DNA of 64,000 nt from Euryarchaeota archaeon UBA91 (GTDB taxonomy: Archaea; Thermoplasmatota; Poseidoniia; Poseidoniales; Poseidoniaceae), in the NCBI GenBank assembly GCA_002499705.1, contig DAMU01000040.1, positions 114 through 64,113 on the forward strand, in the 5' to 3' direction. Both the position numbers and the translations under genes were made by a program. The notes beneath the pieces are model-generated. The model had not been told where the DNA came from. It saw only the letters and a program-made list of their open reading frames with translations, and did not search any database. Of the stretch, positions 44,769-53,579 are shown in pieces; the stretch's first letter is position 1; each line of letters starts with the position of its first letter.

Positions 44769-44927
44769 GCTGTTGCCACAGGCGCGTAGGACATGAATTA
44801 TTGCATTTGGCCACTTTCGGATGTTAAAGCCCTTTTTTCAGCGCAAATACTGGGCATTTATGTCGCTGTAATGGCTGTTTATGCAATATGGTTTGAAACT
44901 CTTGCATTTCGGGTCAATCATTGTGTG

Positions 44928-44939
44928 AGAACCGGTTCT
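44928..44939. promoter_or_regulatory. Perfect 12-bp palindrome AGAACCGGTTCT, 30 nt upstream of the first gene of the archaellum-linked operon
   Basis: Read directly: ...gtgAGAACCGGTTCTttc... Located in the 200-bp bcp / 44969 divergent intergenic region, which also holds three TGCATTT/GCATTT copies and an A/T-rich TTTATGCAATAT stretch. Confidence 0.3.
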
Positions 44940-44968
44940 TTCAATAACCGGCGAGTGTTAAGAGGTCT

Positions 44969-45400
44969 ATGGTGGCTAAGCGTATGTCTCGACGTTGTCG
45001 CCGGTATTCGAAAAAGATTCTACGCGCAAACACCAAGTTTGATCTTCAAACCATTGCAAGTACTATCCAAAGCGAACTCGATAAGCGTAATTTGTCTTAT
45101 GACGAGGCTTTGACACTCGGCAACATCATTCAAAGTCGTGCAGACCAATTGCCCGGAGACGCAATCGTCTATGCTGTATCAGACCGAGACGCATACCGTC
45201 GAACACTCGAACTCTACTTGCGCGACTCTCTACTGACTCAGACTGAGCAACTTCTTCTCTGGGATGAACGTCGTCGTCTCGGCATTTCCGATGTTGAACA
45301 CGAGCGATTACTCGAGCAACTTCTCCTCCAGTGGCGCAAACAAGGCAAGAAAGTTACAATCGCCAATTTTGAAAGACCAGGAAGTGGTACATCTGCGTAA
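44969..45400 (+). CDS. Hypothetical basic helical cytoplasmic protein (143 aa), first gene of the archaellum-linked unit
   Basis: ATG preceded by AGAGGT. Balanced, helix-rich sequence (…LTQTEQLLLWDERRRLGISDVEHERLLEQLLLQWRKQG…) with a basic N-terminus. I recognise no family. Confidence 0.55.
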   Translation: MVAKRMSRRCRRYSKKILRANTKFDLQTIASTIQSELDKRNLSYDEALTLGNIIQSRADQLPGDAIVYAVSDRDAYRRTLELYLRDSLLTQTEQLLLWDERRRLGISDVEHERLLEQLLLQWRKQGKKVTIANFERPGSGTSA

Positions 45401-48400
45401 TCTTCGATTGAATCAAACGACTTTGGCTGCACTCCTTGTTGCATTGTTCCTCGTGCCCTCGTTTTTACCGTTGGTTGGAGCAGACCAATCAGATGATTCA
45501 AGCACGACTGCTCGAAACTCACAACTCGATTTCACGTTCCGAAATCCATTGATGGTGACCAATTATGGTAGTGGTGACAATGGTTCTGCAATCATCGATG
45601 GTGCATTGTATCTTGAACCAGGAAAACACATGATTACTGCTAACATTTCTGCTACAGGAAGCGGAAGTGGAGAGCTCTGGCTTGTATTGCAGCACAAAGG
45701 TTCTCCTATTCTTGGATTCAGCGATGTCCCTGGAAAGACCATATCTCTTGGAACTGTAACCGGCAACGGAGGAGTGCTCGACCTTGCTCCAGTGACTTTC
45801 AGTTGGGATGCGACGACCGGTGCAGGTCAAGAGTTGCGAATTAAAATCCAATCTTCCAACGAGGCTGGTAACCAACTTCTCAACAACATCCAAGCATTGC
45901 CAATTTCATTTTCGGTTGAGAACAAGCATTTTGGCGAGGTCATCTCAAATAATCTGCCAACCGTTTCTGCCGACACCAATCAAATGGTCATGTCCGAGAC
46001 CATCAATCAGATCAATGTAAGTGTGACCAACTCGGGCGTTACCTCACTTCAAGCGAACATGACGGTAACTCTCACTCAAAACGGAACTTCACCTATAGAG
46101 ATAGATTCAAATGCCCTTAATCTTGAACCCGGCAGTTTTACCTTCACGCCAGTCCAAGATTCAGGAGTTCTTACCGCTTCTATTGACGTACCAGCCCTCG
46201 GAATTACAGGCGTTTACAACTTATCAATCACGGTTAAATTTTGGGGAGCAGGGTGGCAATCCGACCCTGCAACTCAACCTTCTTTGAAAATCGAAGGATG
46301 GGTAAAGTTCACTGACTACAATTCCGAAGTAATTGCGCCATCGACCATCGTTGGTGAACCTGGCGACACTGTTAGCATGACTTTCGTGGTTAAAAACACA
46401 GGTATCAAGAATGACCGGTTCAACATCGGTATGGTCGAAACCATCTCTCCAGCATGGACTTCAGGAGTGGCTCCTGACTTCGGAGCAAATGATTTGGCTC
46501 CGGGCGCTGTTCGACTTGTCACTGTTGAGGTGAGCATACCGGCAAGTGCTCAGCGCTCGATGACCGATACCATCACACTCACGTTCACTTCTCAAGCATC
46601 GACTGACAACTTCCAGATTGTAGCAGTCGGTAGAGTGATGGTCGGGGATTTCTTTAGTGGCGAAGCCAAATTCGAGGGTGATGCAAACGACCCCGGTGCT
46701 GACGATGCCCAATCTATTGTTCCTGGAGGTTTTGTTGATTTTAATGTCCGTGTCTCGAATTTAGGGAGTGTCGACTCTGCATTTTTGCTTGGCTCAGGAT
46801 TTGCGGTAAATGCTCTCAATTGGTCATTGGAAGTAGGAACGACAGGTAGTGGCCAACACACAACCCGAGTTATCTCTGCAGGAAGTTCTGAAATTGTCCA
46901 AGTAAAGGTTATTTCACCCCCAATTCAATCACCTATCGTAACCAGCGAGCGTAATACTGCTGGAGATTTAGTCGGCATATGGCTCTCTTGCCAACCGCTG
47001 AGTGGCGGTTCGCTTACATTGGATGACGCCACCGTTAAAGTCACATCAACAATCGTTGTTGACCCCGGCATAAACACAGAACCACAGACCGTATCTGCTG
47101 AAGAAATATCGGCTGCATTGACCGGTTCAATTATCACTCGGAATCCTTCGCTTAATTTGAGAGTGTTCAACAACCTTGCTCTTGCAACATCGTCTGGTGG
47201 AGGTTCCTTAAGCGACGAGAAACTCGACGCCGTCATTTCTTTTACCACCAGTTTTACCAGCGCAAGTGATGGTGGGTTTAGTGAAGCCGACCGTTGGAGT
47301 GTTTCGCTAACAAATCCGATTTACACAGGATTGCTCCCCAATGCCAGCGAAGATACCACACTCAATATTGCAGGACCAACCGGCGGAGAATTCCCTCTCG
47401 CAGGCACATTCACCGTATCAGTAACGGTCACGCCCACCCTCAGCGTAGCGCTTGAAGGAAGCGGCGTAGGTGTTGTTACAGTTACTCGAGATTACACTTT
47501 GATTATTCCTTCGATTATTCAAGGTGAATTCCTTGGGCCAAATTTCCCTCAAGACATCAATGTCGGTACTGAAAACCAAATCCCTCTCCAATTTGCAAAC
47601 ACTGGCAATGATGTTGCATCCTACCGTCTGCGCGTCTTAGACAGCGACCTTCCTGAGAACTGGATTGCGAACTTTAGCGAAGCCGATACAACCATTGAAA
47701 ATTTGACTTCTGATATTTCCGATGGAATAATCGACACGGGCACTTCCAGCCCTAACGTAATTCACACACGCATCGTGACCCTGAATATTCGAACAGATCC
47801 ACTTGCTCCTTCAGGACTTGTCCAGCCAATCCCAATACAAGTTGAAGATCCGTATTCTGGCCAAATCATAGGTGAGCAGTTCACCGTATATGTGGTCGTA
47901 GGTCAAGTCTATGACGCTGCTCTTTCGCCAACCAATCACACGGAACAACTTGAAGTTACACAATCTCAAGAGCACACAATCTTTGTTCGAAATACCGGTA
48001 ATGCCCCTACAGATTATTCCATTATGATAGATACATCTCAAGCAGGAGATGTTGAGTTTGAAATAGTCTCTCCTTTGAATAATAAATTGTTCATCGCTGC
48101 AGGCTATGAAGATTCTATTCGAGTGCGAATGACTGCAAATGCGGATGCCAATTATGACGAATTCTACATGGCAACCGTTTGGGTTTCCGCTAACGATGGT
48201 CAAATTTTGCTTTCATCGAACATTGTTGCAAACATAAGTGAAAATCATTCGTTCGTCATATCAGCAATTGAGGAATTAGCAGTTACACCGGGGACAGAAG
48301 AAGTCATTGATTTCAACTTGACCAATCGAGGAAATTTACAAGAATCCATCACTGTGAATTTCACCGTCGAAGGCGATCTCTCGTTATCCGACTATACCAT

Positions 48401-50501
48401 GACGCAGACAATACCAATCAATCAATCGTTTTCTGACCAACTCACGGTCACGATTCCTGAACTTACTTCATCAGACTCGATGGCTCAAGGAGATAGTTAC
48501 AATCTTACCATTACCGTGCTTAGTTCTGCAGGAAATGAATACAGCAGTCGCGTCATTAAATTGATTGTGCAACCATTGTTTATTGTAGAATCAAACGATT
48601 GGCCATCAGTCATGGAGTTTATGCCTCAATCGGATCGTACATGGGAAGTAACGCTCACAAATACCGGGAATCGTGATGTTATGGTGAGCGCAGCTTACAC
48701 CATCACCCGGCCTGGTCTGAGCAATTTCTCTTCTGATTGGCAAATGGTAAGTCAACCTTCGACTATTTCTCTTCCAAGAAATACACCTGTCGTTCATACA
48801 TTCACTGTGGTCGGAATGACTTCGAATCCTCTGCTATCACTGTCAGCTGATTTGACTATTTTCCTCCAACCGATGGACCTCACCGTTCAAGGAAGTGGTG
48901 AATTCTCGACACAACTGGTCATGTCACGATTCTATTCAACCGGTGAGATTGGACTGGCTCCGAGTGAAAACGACAATGATCCTGTGCCGGTGTACATTCC
49001 TCACACGCACATACCGGTGAGCAACTCCTCGTCCGCAGCCTATGAAGTTGAGTTGTGCAACTCGCAACGCCTGTTAAACCTCAACGCAATGGGCCTAGTA
49101 GAATCAGATTATCCATGGAACTTTACTCTTGTAGAAGAAAAAATAGACGGAACGACTGTCGGCCACCCGCTTGACCTCAACCAAGAATGTGGTGCCTCTT
49201 CTCTTGGCCCAACATCCCGTTATCCGTTATTAGAACAAGTAGCGTGGGATACTTCCAACATCAAACTCGAGGTTGATATCCCTAATCGCGGCTTCATTTT
49301 ACCTGGAGATGGTTGGAATCTAACGTTCCGGTTGTATCATCCCGAGGATAATGCTGGTTACACGCAGTATGATGAAGAAACATTCACCTTGGTCTTGGCG
49401 GTCTTTGCAGATCCAATGATTATGAGCGTTTCTTCGAATGACGGTTACTTCGAAGAAGGCACTGAAACAACCGTCACAGTCCTCATTCAGAATGTTGGTT
49501 CTGCTTCTGCTCTTGATGTAATCGTTGAATTACAATGTGATCTCCTAACGGTATCAAACAAAGCGAACGAACAGCCTCCATTGTATAACCGAAGCGTGAA
49601 TGGTGGAGTGAACACATCTATGATACCGTTCTTCTTCCCTGGTGATTCTGTATCTTTGCAATGGGTTGTTACAGCAAATTCAATCGATTGGTGGTCGCAA
49701 CGAGCCGAGGCAACTTGTATTGCTTCTCTTAATGCATCTTACATGGACAGTAACATCGAGGCGAACGATCAACTAAGCCTTATTGAAGATGTCAAATCTC
49801 AATCACCTGGTGTATCCAACAGTTTCATTGCGTGTATTGTTTTCATGCTCCTTTCGATTATCCTCTTCAGATTAACTGCCCAAAATGAGAACTTCAGATT
49901 ACTCGGTATTTATTCAGGAGTCGTTGGATTTGGATTCTCATTCCACATTTTCCAATATGCCTGGTGGGGTATTGTCGTCCTTGTTCTCAGCGCGCTCTGG
50001 ATATGGAGAGTGAGTTGGGGCAGTACTGAAGAGTTCAGATTATTGCATGAAGACTACCAGCGCGCACGCAAAGGTGTTTCAACGCTGTATTCTGACCACT
50101 TTGAGGAATTGGCAGACACTCGTCGCCAACTCAGCGTCATTCTCGCAGTTCCGGTTCTTGGTATGCTTGCTGTTGTTCTCGGACTTCCACCGTCCCTCTC
50201 AACAGACCAAACCAATTTGGTAAGTCTTATTTCGTATATCGGCGTTGTAATGATTGGGGTTTGGCTCATCATCAAGCGTGCAGATTCAGCTTACGGCTCA
50301 TTGTATGGACGTCTCACCGATATTGAGGTTAAATCTGTTCGAATTGAGAGAGATTTGAGCGATCCAGCACGACTCTTCAATGAACTTGCAGTCGATGGAT
50401 TAAATCTCGATGAAATCTTTGGAGACCTTGAACCTCCTGTGCCTGTGCCTGCTCCTGTCGTCATTGACGGAACAAACGAGGAGGTGAGTGACGATGTCTG
50501 A
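45384..50501 (+). CDS. Giant (~1706 aa) surface protein: 8 or more CARDB/NEW3-like beta-sandwich repeats, five C-terminal TM helices, cytoplasmic tail
   Basis: Signal LRNLRLNQTTLAALLVALFLVPSFLPLVGA. Repeated (V/L)xNxGN-type strands: VKNTGIKNDRFNI, VSNLGSVDSAFLL, FANTGNDVASYRL, VRNTGNAPTDYSI, LTNRGNLQESITV, LTNTGNRDVMVSA, IQNVGSASALDVIV. TM helices lie at about 49824..50275. The in-frame GTG at 45384 is preferred over the ATG at 45264, which would overlap the previous ORF by 137 nt. Confidence 0.8.
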   Translation: MVHLRNLRLNQTTLAALLVALFLVPSFLPLVGADQSDDSSTTARNSQLDFTFRNPLMVTNYGSGDNGSAIIDGALYLEPGKHMITANISATGSGSGELWLVLQHKGSPILGFSDVPGKTISLGTVTGNGGVLDLAPVTFSWDATTGAGQELRIKIQSSNEAGNQLLNNIQALPISFSVENKHFGEVISNNLPTVSADTNQMVMSETINQINVSVTNSGVTSLQANMTVTLTQNGTSPIEIDSNALNLEPGSFTFTPVQDSGVLTASIDVPALGITGVYNLSITVKFWGAGWQSDPATQPSLKIEGWVKFTDYNSEVIAPSTIVGEPGDTVSMTFVVKNTGIKNDRFNIGMVETISPAWTSGVAPDFGANDLAPGAVRLVTVEVSIPASAQRSMTDTITLTFTSQASTDNFQIVAVGRVMVGDFFSGEAKFEGDANDPGADDAQSIVPGGFVDFNVRVSNLGSVDSAFLLGSGFAVNALNWSLEVGTTGSGQHTTRVISAGSSEIVQVKVISPPIQSPIVTSERNTAGDLVGIWLSCQPLSGGSLTLDDATVKVTSTIVVDPGINTEPQTVSAEEISAALTGSIITRNPSLNLRVFNNLALATSSGGGSLSDEKLDAVISFTTSFTSASDGGFSEADRWSVSLTNPIYTGLLPNASEDTTLNIAGPTGGEFPLAGTFTVSVTVTPTLSVALEGSGVGVVTVTRDYTLIIPSIIQGEFLGPNFPQDINVGTENQIPLQFANTGNDVASYRLRVLDSDLPENWIANFSEADTTIENLTSDISDGIIDTGTSSPNVIHTRIVTLNIRTDPLAPSGLVQPIPIQVEDPYSGQIIGEQFTVYVVVGQVYDAALSPTNHTEQLEVTQSQEHTIFVRNTGNAPTDYSIMIDTSQAGDVEFEIVSPLNNKLFIAAGYEDSIRVRMTANADANYDEFYMATVWVSANDGQILLSSNIVANISENHSFVISAIEELAVTPGTEEVIDFNLTNRGNLQESITVNFTVEGDLSLSDYTMTQTIPINQSFSDQLTVTIPELTSSDSMAQGDSYNLTITVLSSAGNEYSSRVIKLIVQPLFIVESNDWPSVMEFMPQSDRTWEVTLTNTGNRDVMVSAAYTITRPGLSNFSSDWQMVSQPSTISLPRNTPVVHTFTVVGMTSNPLLSLSADLTIFLQPMDLTVQGSGEFSTQLVMSRFYSTGEIGLAPSENDNDPVPVYIPHTHIPVSNSSSAAYEVELCNSQRLLNLNAMGLVESDYPWNFTLVEEKIDGTTVGHPLDLNQECGASSLGPTSRYPLLEQVAWDTSNIKLEVDIPNRGFILPGDGWNLTFRLYHPEDNAGYTQYDEETFTLVLAVFADPMIMSVSSNDGYFEEGTETTVTVLIQNVGSASALDVIVELQCDLLTVSNKANEQPPLYNRSVNGGVNTSMIPFFFPGDSVSLQWVVTANSIDWWSQRAEATCIASLNASYMDSNIEANDQLSLIEDVKSQSPGVSNSFIACIVFMLLSIILFRLTAQNENFRLLGIYSGVVGFGFSFHIFQYAWWGIVVLVLSALWIWRVSWGSTEEFRLLHEDYQRARKGVSTLYSDHFEELADTRRQLSVILAVPVLGMLAVVLGLPPSLSTDQTNLVSLISYIGVVMIGVWLIIKRADSAYGSLYGRLTDIEVKSVRIERDLSDPARLFNELAVDGLNLDEIFGDLEPPVPVPAPVVIDGTNEEVSDDV

Positions 50502-51504
50502 TTCGGATAGCGTAGACCTCCCAGGTGAAGAACATACACTTGAGGAACAACCTCCATTTGACGGGGTTCAATCCGGTGACGCTCCATCCCCAAATCAACT
50601 AAGCAACGAATCTATGTCCGAGCAAGCAATCGCAATATCTCGAGACTTAGAGACAATGGTCCTTGGAGTGGCTCAGAACGATGCGAATTCACTTGCGGGA
50701 ACTGAACTCGAAATTGGTGACGCAAGGAGATTTTTGCGCTCACACAAACTTCGACGAGCACTCGCAAGCGTAAAGAATGCAGAAGCATCTCTTGTTGAAC
50801 TTGAAGAAGATGTCTTGTATCTTCGCCGTAACATTGCTATGTTGCACCGCCTTCTTAATGAGAAAAGAGTGAGTGAAGCAGATATAGAAACGATTCTTCT
50901 TCGCCTTCGAAGTGCAACTGGGGCAGCTGAAATAGGCGATGTTGGCGGTGCTGCAGGTGAAGTTGAATTCCTCGTGGACGATCTCATCGGTGGAAACACA
51001 TCAACTCTCAACCCCTTCCTCTTCCGTCATTTCTGGATGGGTCTGGAAACCCGATGGCCAGCAGGTGGTGATGAAGGCGTTCTCGTGGTTCGTATCATCA
51101 ATGATGGACCCGTTGCCATGCCCCCTATGCGACTTGCTCCCCCAGTCCCTGAAGGATGGACTGCAAAACCATCTTCGGTTGACCTTCCAACGATCGCTCC
51201 TGGTGGAAACCTCCCTGTGCGTTTCAATGTCGCGACAAATCGCCGTCAGGCTGCGGATGAAATTCCACTTTCTCGTAAGCTCGCAATTTCCACAGGTTAT
51301 GAAATCAGAACAGGTGAAGTCTTTGTGACCATCCGTGCACAAAATCGTTCGATGGAACCTCTAACAGATATTCTCCTCACGCCTTGGTTCCCGCCAGGTT
51401 ACATTTCGGACAAGGTGCCCTTTGTGTCACGTCTTGCTCCAGACGAAGTGGCAATGATTCGGATTCCACTTCGAATTAACATGAGTTCAGGAGGTAATTC
51501 TTGA
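50494..51504 (+). CDS. Hypothetical cytoplasmic protein (337 aa): acidic N-terminus, helical/coiled-coil region, two NEW3/CARDB-like beta-sandwich modules
   Basis: GAGGAGGTGA lies 6 nt upstream of the ATG. ATGTCTGA overlaps the stop of the giant gene. No signal peptide or TM. Helical LRRALASVKNAEASLVELEEDVLYLRRNIAMLHRLLNEK. Beta modules VLVVRIINDGPVAMPPMRLAPPVPEGWTAKPSSVDLPTIAPGGNLPVRFNV and VFVTIRAQNRSMEPLTDILLTPWFPPGY...EVAMIRIPLRI. Confidence 0.75.
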   Translation: MSDSDSVDLPGEEHTLEEQPPFDGVQSGDAPSPNQLSNESMSEQAIAISRDLETMVLGVAQNDANSLAGTELEIGDARRFLRSHKLRRALASVKNAEASLVELEEDVLYLRRNIAMLHRLLNEKRVSEADIETILLRLRSATGAAEIGDVGGAAGEVEFLVDDLIGGNTSTLNPFLFRHFWMGLETRWPAGGDEGVLVVRIINDGPVAMPPMRLAPPVPEGWTAKPSSVDLPTIAPGGNLPVRFNVATNRRQAADEIPLSRKLAISTGYEIRTGEVFVTIRAQNRSMEPLTDILLTPWFPPGYISDKVPFVSRLAPDEVAMIRIPLRINMSSGGNS

Positions 51505-51553
51505 ACTCAATCTATTCCACCCTGTATTGGGGGATTCTAAAAACGGTGAAATT

Positions 51554-52102
51554 ATGAAAGAAAATACGGACGAAAAACACGACAATCTCGCAGCCATAGG
51601 TATCGGCGCAATGATTGTTTTTATTGCGCTAATTCTGGTTGCGTCAGTTGCAGCAGCTGTAATTATATCAACTGCTGAAAAATTACAACAAAACGCCCAG
51701 AATACAGGTGCGGAGACGACAAACATGCTCTCCTCAAAGGTAGTTGTTCTGAGTGTTATGGTAATACAGAACAGTGATTTGTATATTACTTTTGAATTAG
51801 CACCAGGTTCTTCAAATATTGCTCCAGGAGACATTGATTTCGCGATTGTATGCTCGAATGGTGCAGTGTATGGGGATTTCTCTCTAACTTCACTCGTTGG
51901 TACTAATGCGGGTTTACCGCTTAATACACTGTTACAATCCCATACGACCTATGACATTACTTTAGCATCAGCACTTATTGCAGACTGTCCACCGACTGCC
52001 AACGATGACCATTCACTTGTCATTCAGTCAGAATACGGCGGATACACGTTTGAAGCATTGAATTATGGATCCGACGTTACTCCAGGGGCGGTGGTTGTAT
52101 GA
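51554..52102 (+). CDS. arlB: Archaellin (class III signal peptide)
   Basis: MKENTDEKHDNLAAIGIGAMIVFIALILVASVAAAVIISTAEKLQQNAQNTG is the archaellin N-terminal helix. The track start at 51527 is TTG; the ATG at 51554 follows GGTGA. Confidence 0.9.
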   Translation: MKENTDEKHDNLAAIGIGAMIVFIALILVASVAAAVIISTAEKLQQNAQNTGAETTNMLSSKVVVLSVMVIQNSDLYITFELAPGSSNIAPGDIDFAIVCSNGAVYGDFSLTSLVGTNAGLPLNTLLQSHTTYDITLASALIADCPPTANDDHSLVIQSEYGGYTFEALNYGSDVTPGAVVV

Positions 52103-52707
52103 AGACTGACTCTAAGCAAATTAAGGACGACAAGATTGCAGCAATCGGTATTGGAGCAATGATTGTTTTCATCGCTCTTATTCTGGTCGCAGCAGTTGCC
52201 GCAGCCGTTATTATTCAAACCGCAGAGAAACTTCAACAAAGCGCAGAAACAACTGGCGATGACACCGCCAAAAATCTCGCAGGGAAGTTTGTAATCCACG
52301 ACGGTTTTGTCGCAACAGGGGCAAACGGTGGTTTACCAACCTACACTGATGCGAACGCTTACTTCTTTACAGCGACACTCGCACCAGGAAGTACACCGAT
52401 TCGAATCAATACAATCACCTACCAAATGTTTTGTGATAGTGGTTTAATCGAAGGGGTATTTGGTACGGATGCAGATGTTCAAGAAATGCATAACGGAGAC
52501 AATGGAGTCCTTGCGGCTACAGTTGAACTCCAACCTAAACAGCAGTACGTTTTGTGGGTTCTAGCGTCTGATAACGGTATCGATTGTTCAGCAGGAAATG
52601 CTGCAGGTGATACGACCATTGAACTTGCAATCCACGTCGGCACTGGAGGTTCGACCTTCCTCACATTAAATGTTGATTCAACCACTGCTGGAGCACCGGT
52701 GGTCTGA
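52099..52707 (+). CDS. arlB: Archaellin (class III signal peptide), second copy
   Basis: MKTDSKQIKDDKIAAIGIGAMIVFIALILVAAVAAAVIIQTAEKLQQSAETTG. ATGA overlap with the first archaellin. Confidence 0.9.
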   Translation: MKTDSKQIKDDKIAAIGIGAMIVFIALILVAAVAAAVIIQTAEKLQQSAETTGDDTAKNLAGKFVIHDGFVATGANGGLPTYTDANAYFFTATLAPGSTPIRINTITYQMFCDSGLIEGVFGTDADVQEMHNGDNGVLAATVELQPKQQYVLWVLASDNGIDCSAGNAAGDTTIELAIHVGTGGSTFLTLNVDSTTAGAPVV

Positions 52708-52741
52708 TGTTGACTTTTAGAAAAGAATTGGAGGAATAATT

Positions 52742-53578
52742 ATGGCATGGCCTTTTAGTAAAAATACCAATCAAAATCAAGATGCTGATGCAGCTCTCAC
52801 AGAAGAGCGCCTCAAGATTATGTCGAACATTGCTATTGAGCAAGTTCCACTACCGGAACAAGGTGAACTGGGTGAAGAAGATGCATGGACGATCAGTCCT
52901 GGGCTTACGAAAGCTCGGCTCAACAGTATCGGAAGCGTACCAACTGTTGCTGCGAATCTTGCACCAGCCTCAGCACCGGCACCTGTGAGTACTACCGTAG
53001 ACACATCGGGACTTGAACGTCTCATCAGCACCCGCCTTGACATGGTAGAAGATGTCCTGCGCATGGTTGAAGTTCGTCTGGATGAGGGACCGTCCGGTTC
53101 CAATTCAGGAGAGTCTCAATCCGAAGGTGACGGAGATACTGCTGCCTTGGATGGTGACACGATTGTTACTGCCTCTGGCGAGACAATTAGTGTCTCAGGC
53201 ACTGATCGAATGATGGGTACTGATGAAGCACCATTGGTCGAATTGTATGAAGCACAGGCATTGGCAGCGAATCCATTTTTGCATGCCCCTTCATTTGGCG
53301 CACATACAGAAACAAACCATGTTGGTGCTCCAACCATTTCAGCGCTCTTGCTTGCAAACATGTCCGGAATGGCTGCGGTGAGTTTTGCTCAGAAAGCCAT
53401 GGCTTCTGGAATGCTTACCGATGATGAAGGCCGAAAAGTCCTCGCAATCGTGCAACTTGCAGAACCTGGTGAATCAGAAGCCGCTCTTGACGACCACTTG
53501 ACACACAAGGAGTTGCTCACGTTTTCATCGCTTGTGAGTTCATGGCGAAGCGTGAAATCACTTCGAGGTGAAGTCTGA
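52742..53578 (+). CDS. Hypothetical acidic soluble protein (278 aa) in the position normally held by arlC/D/E
   Basis: GGAGGA lies 6 nt upstream. No TM. Ala/Pro-rich linker, acidic Ser/Gly-rich middle, helical C-terminal region. I see no match to the FlaC or FlaD/E domains. Confidence 0.7.
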   Translation: MAWPFSKNTNQNQDADAALTEERLKIMSNIAIEQVPLPEQGELGEEDAWTISPGLTKARLNSIGSVPTVAANLAPASAPAPVSTTVDTSGLERLISTRLDMVEDVLRMVEVRLDEGPSGSNSGESQSEGDGDTAALDGDTIVTASGETISVSGTDRMMGTDEAPLVELYEAQALAANPFLHAPSFGAHTETNHVGAPTISALLLANMSGMAAVSFAQKAMASGMLTDDEGRKVLAIVQLAEPGESEAALDDHLTHKELLTFSSLVSSWRSVKSLRGEV

Positions 53579-53579
53579 T

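Noticed and set aside
44793-45113. 106-aa plus-strand ORF spanning the bcp-proximal intergenic region
   Set aside because: It overlaps the better-supported 44969..45400 ORF in another frame and would consume the only plausible promoter region. It has no Shine-Dalgarno motif and an odd Cys/Trp-rich composition.
45264-45383. ATG-initiated N-terminal extension of the giant archaellum-linked ORF
   Set aside because: It would overlap the 143-aa ORF by 137 nt in another frame and adds a Ser-rich non-signal segment. The in-frame GTG at 45384 places basic residues directly before the hydrophobic signal core. The start remains uncertain.
51505-51553. Possible internal promoter for the archaellin genes
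   Set aside because: There is only a weak A-rich element (TCTAAAAAC) 12-18 nt from the ATG, too close for TATA geometry. I cannot support a call, though an internal promoter inside the upstream coding sequence cannot be excluded.
52708-52741. T-rich stretch (ttgacttttag) after the second archaellin as a terminator
   Set aside because: It has only four consecutive T residues and is immediately followed by a GGAGGA Shine-Dalgarno motif for the next gene. That is insufficient evidence for a terminator call.
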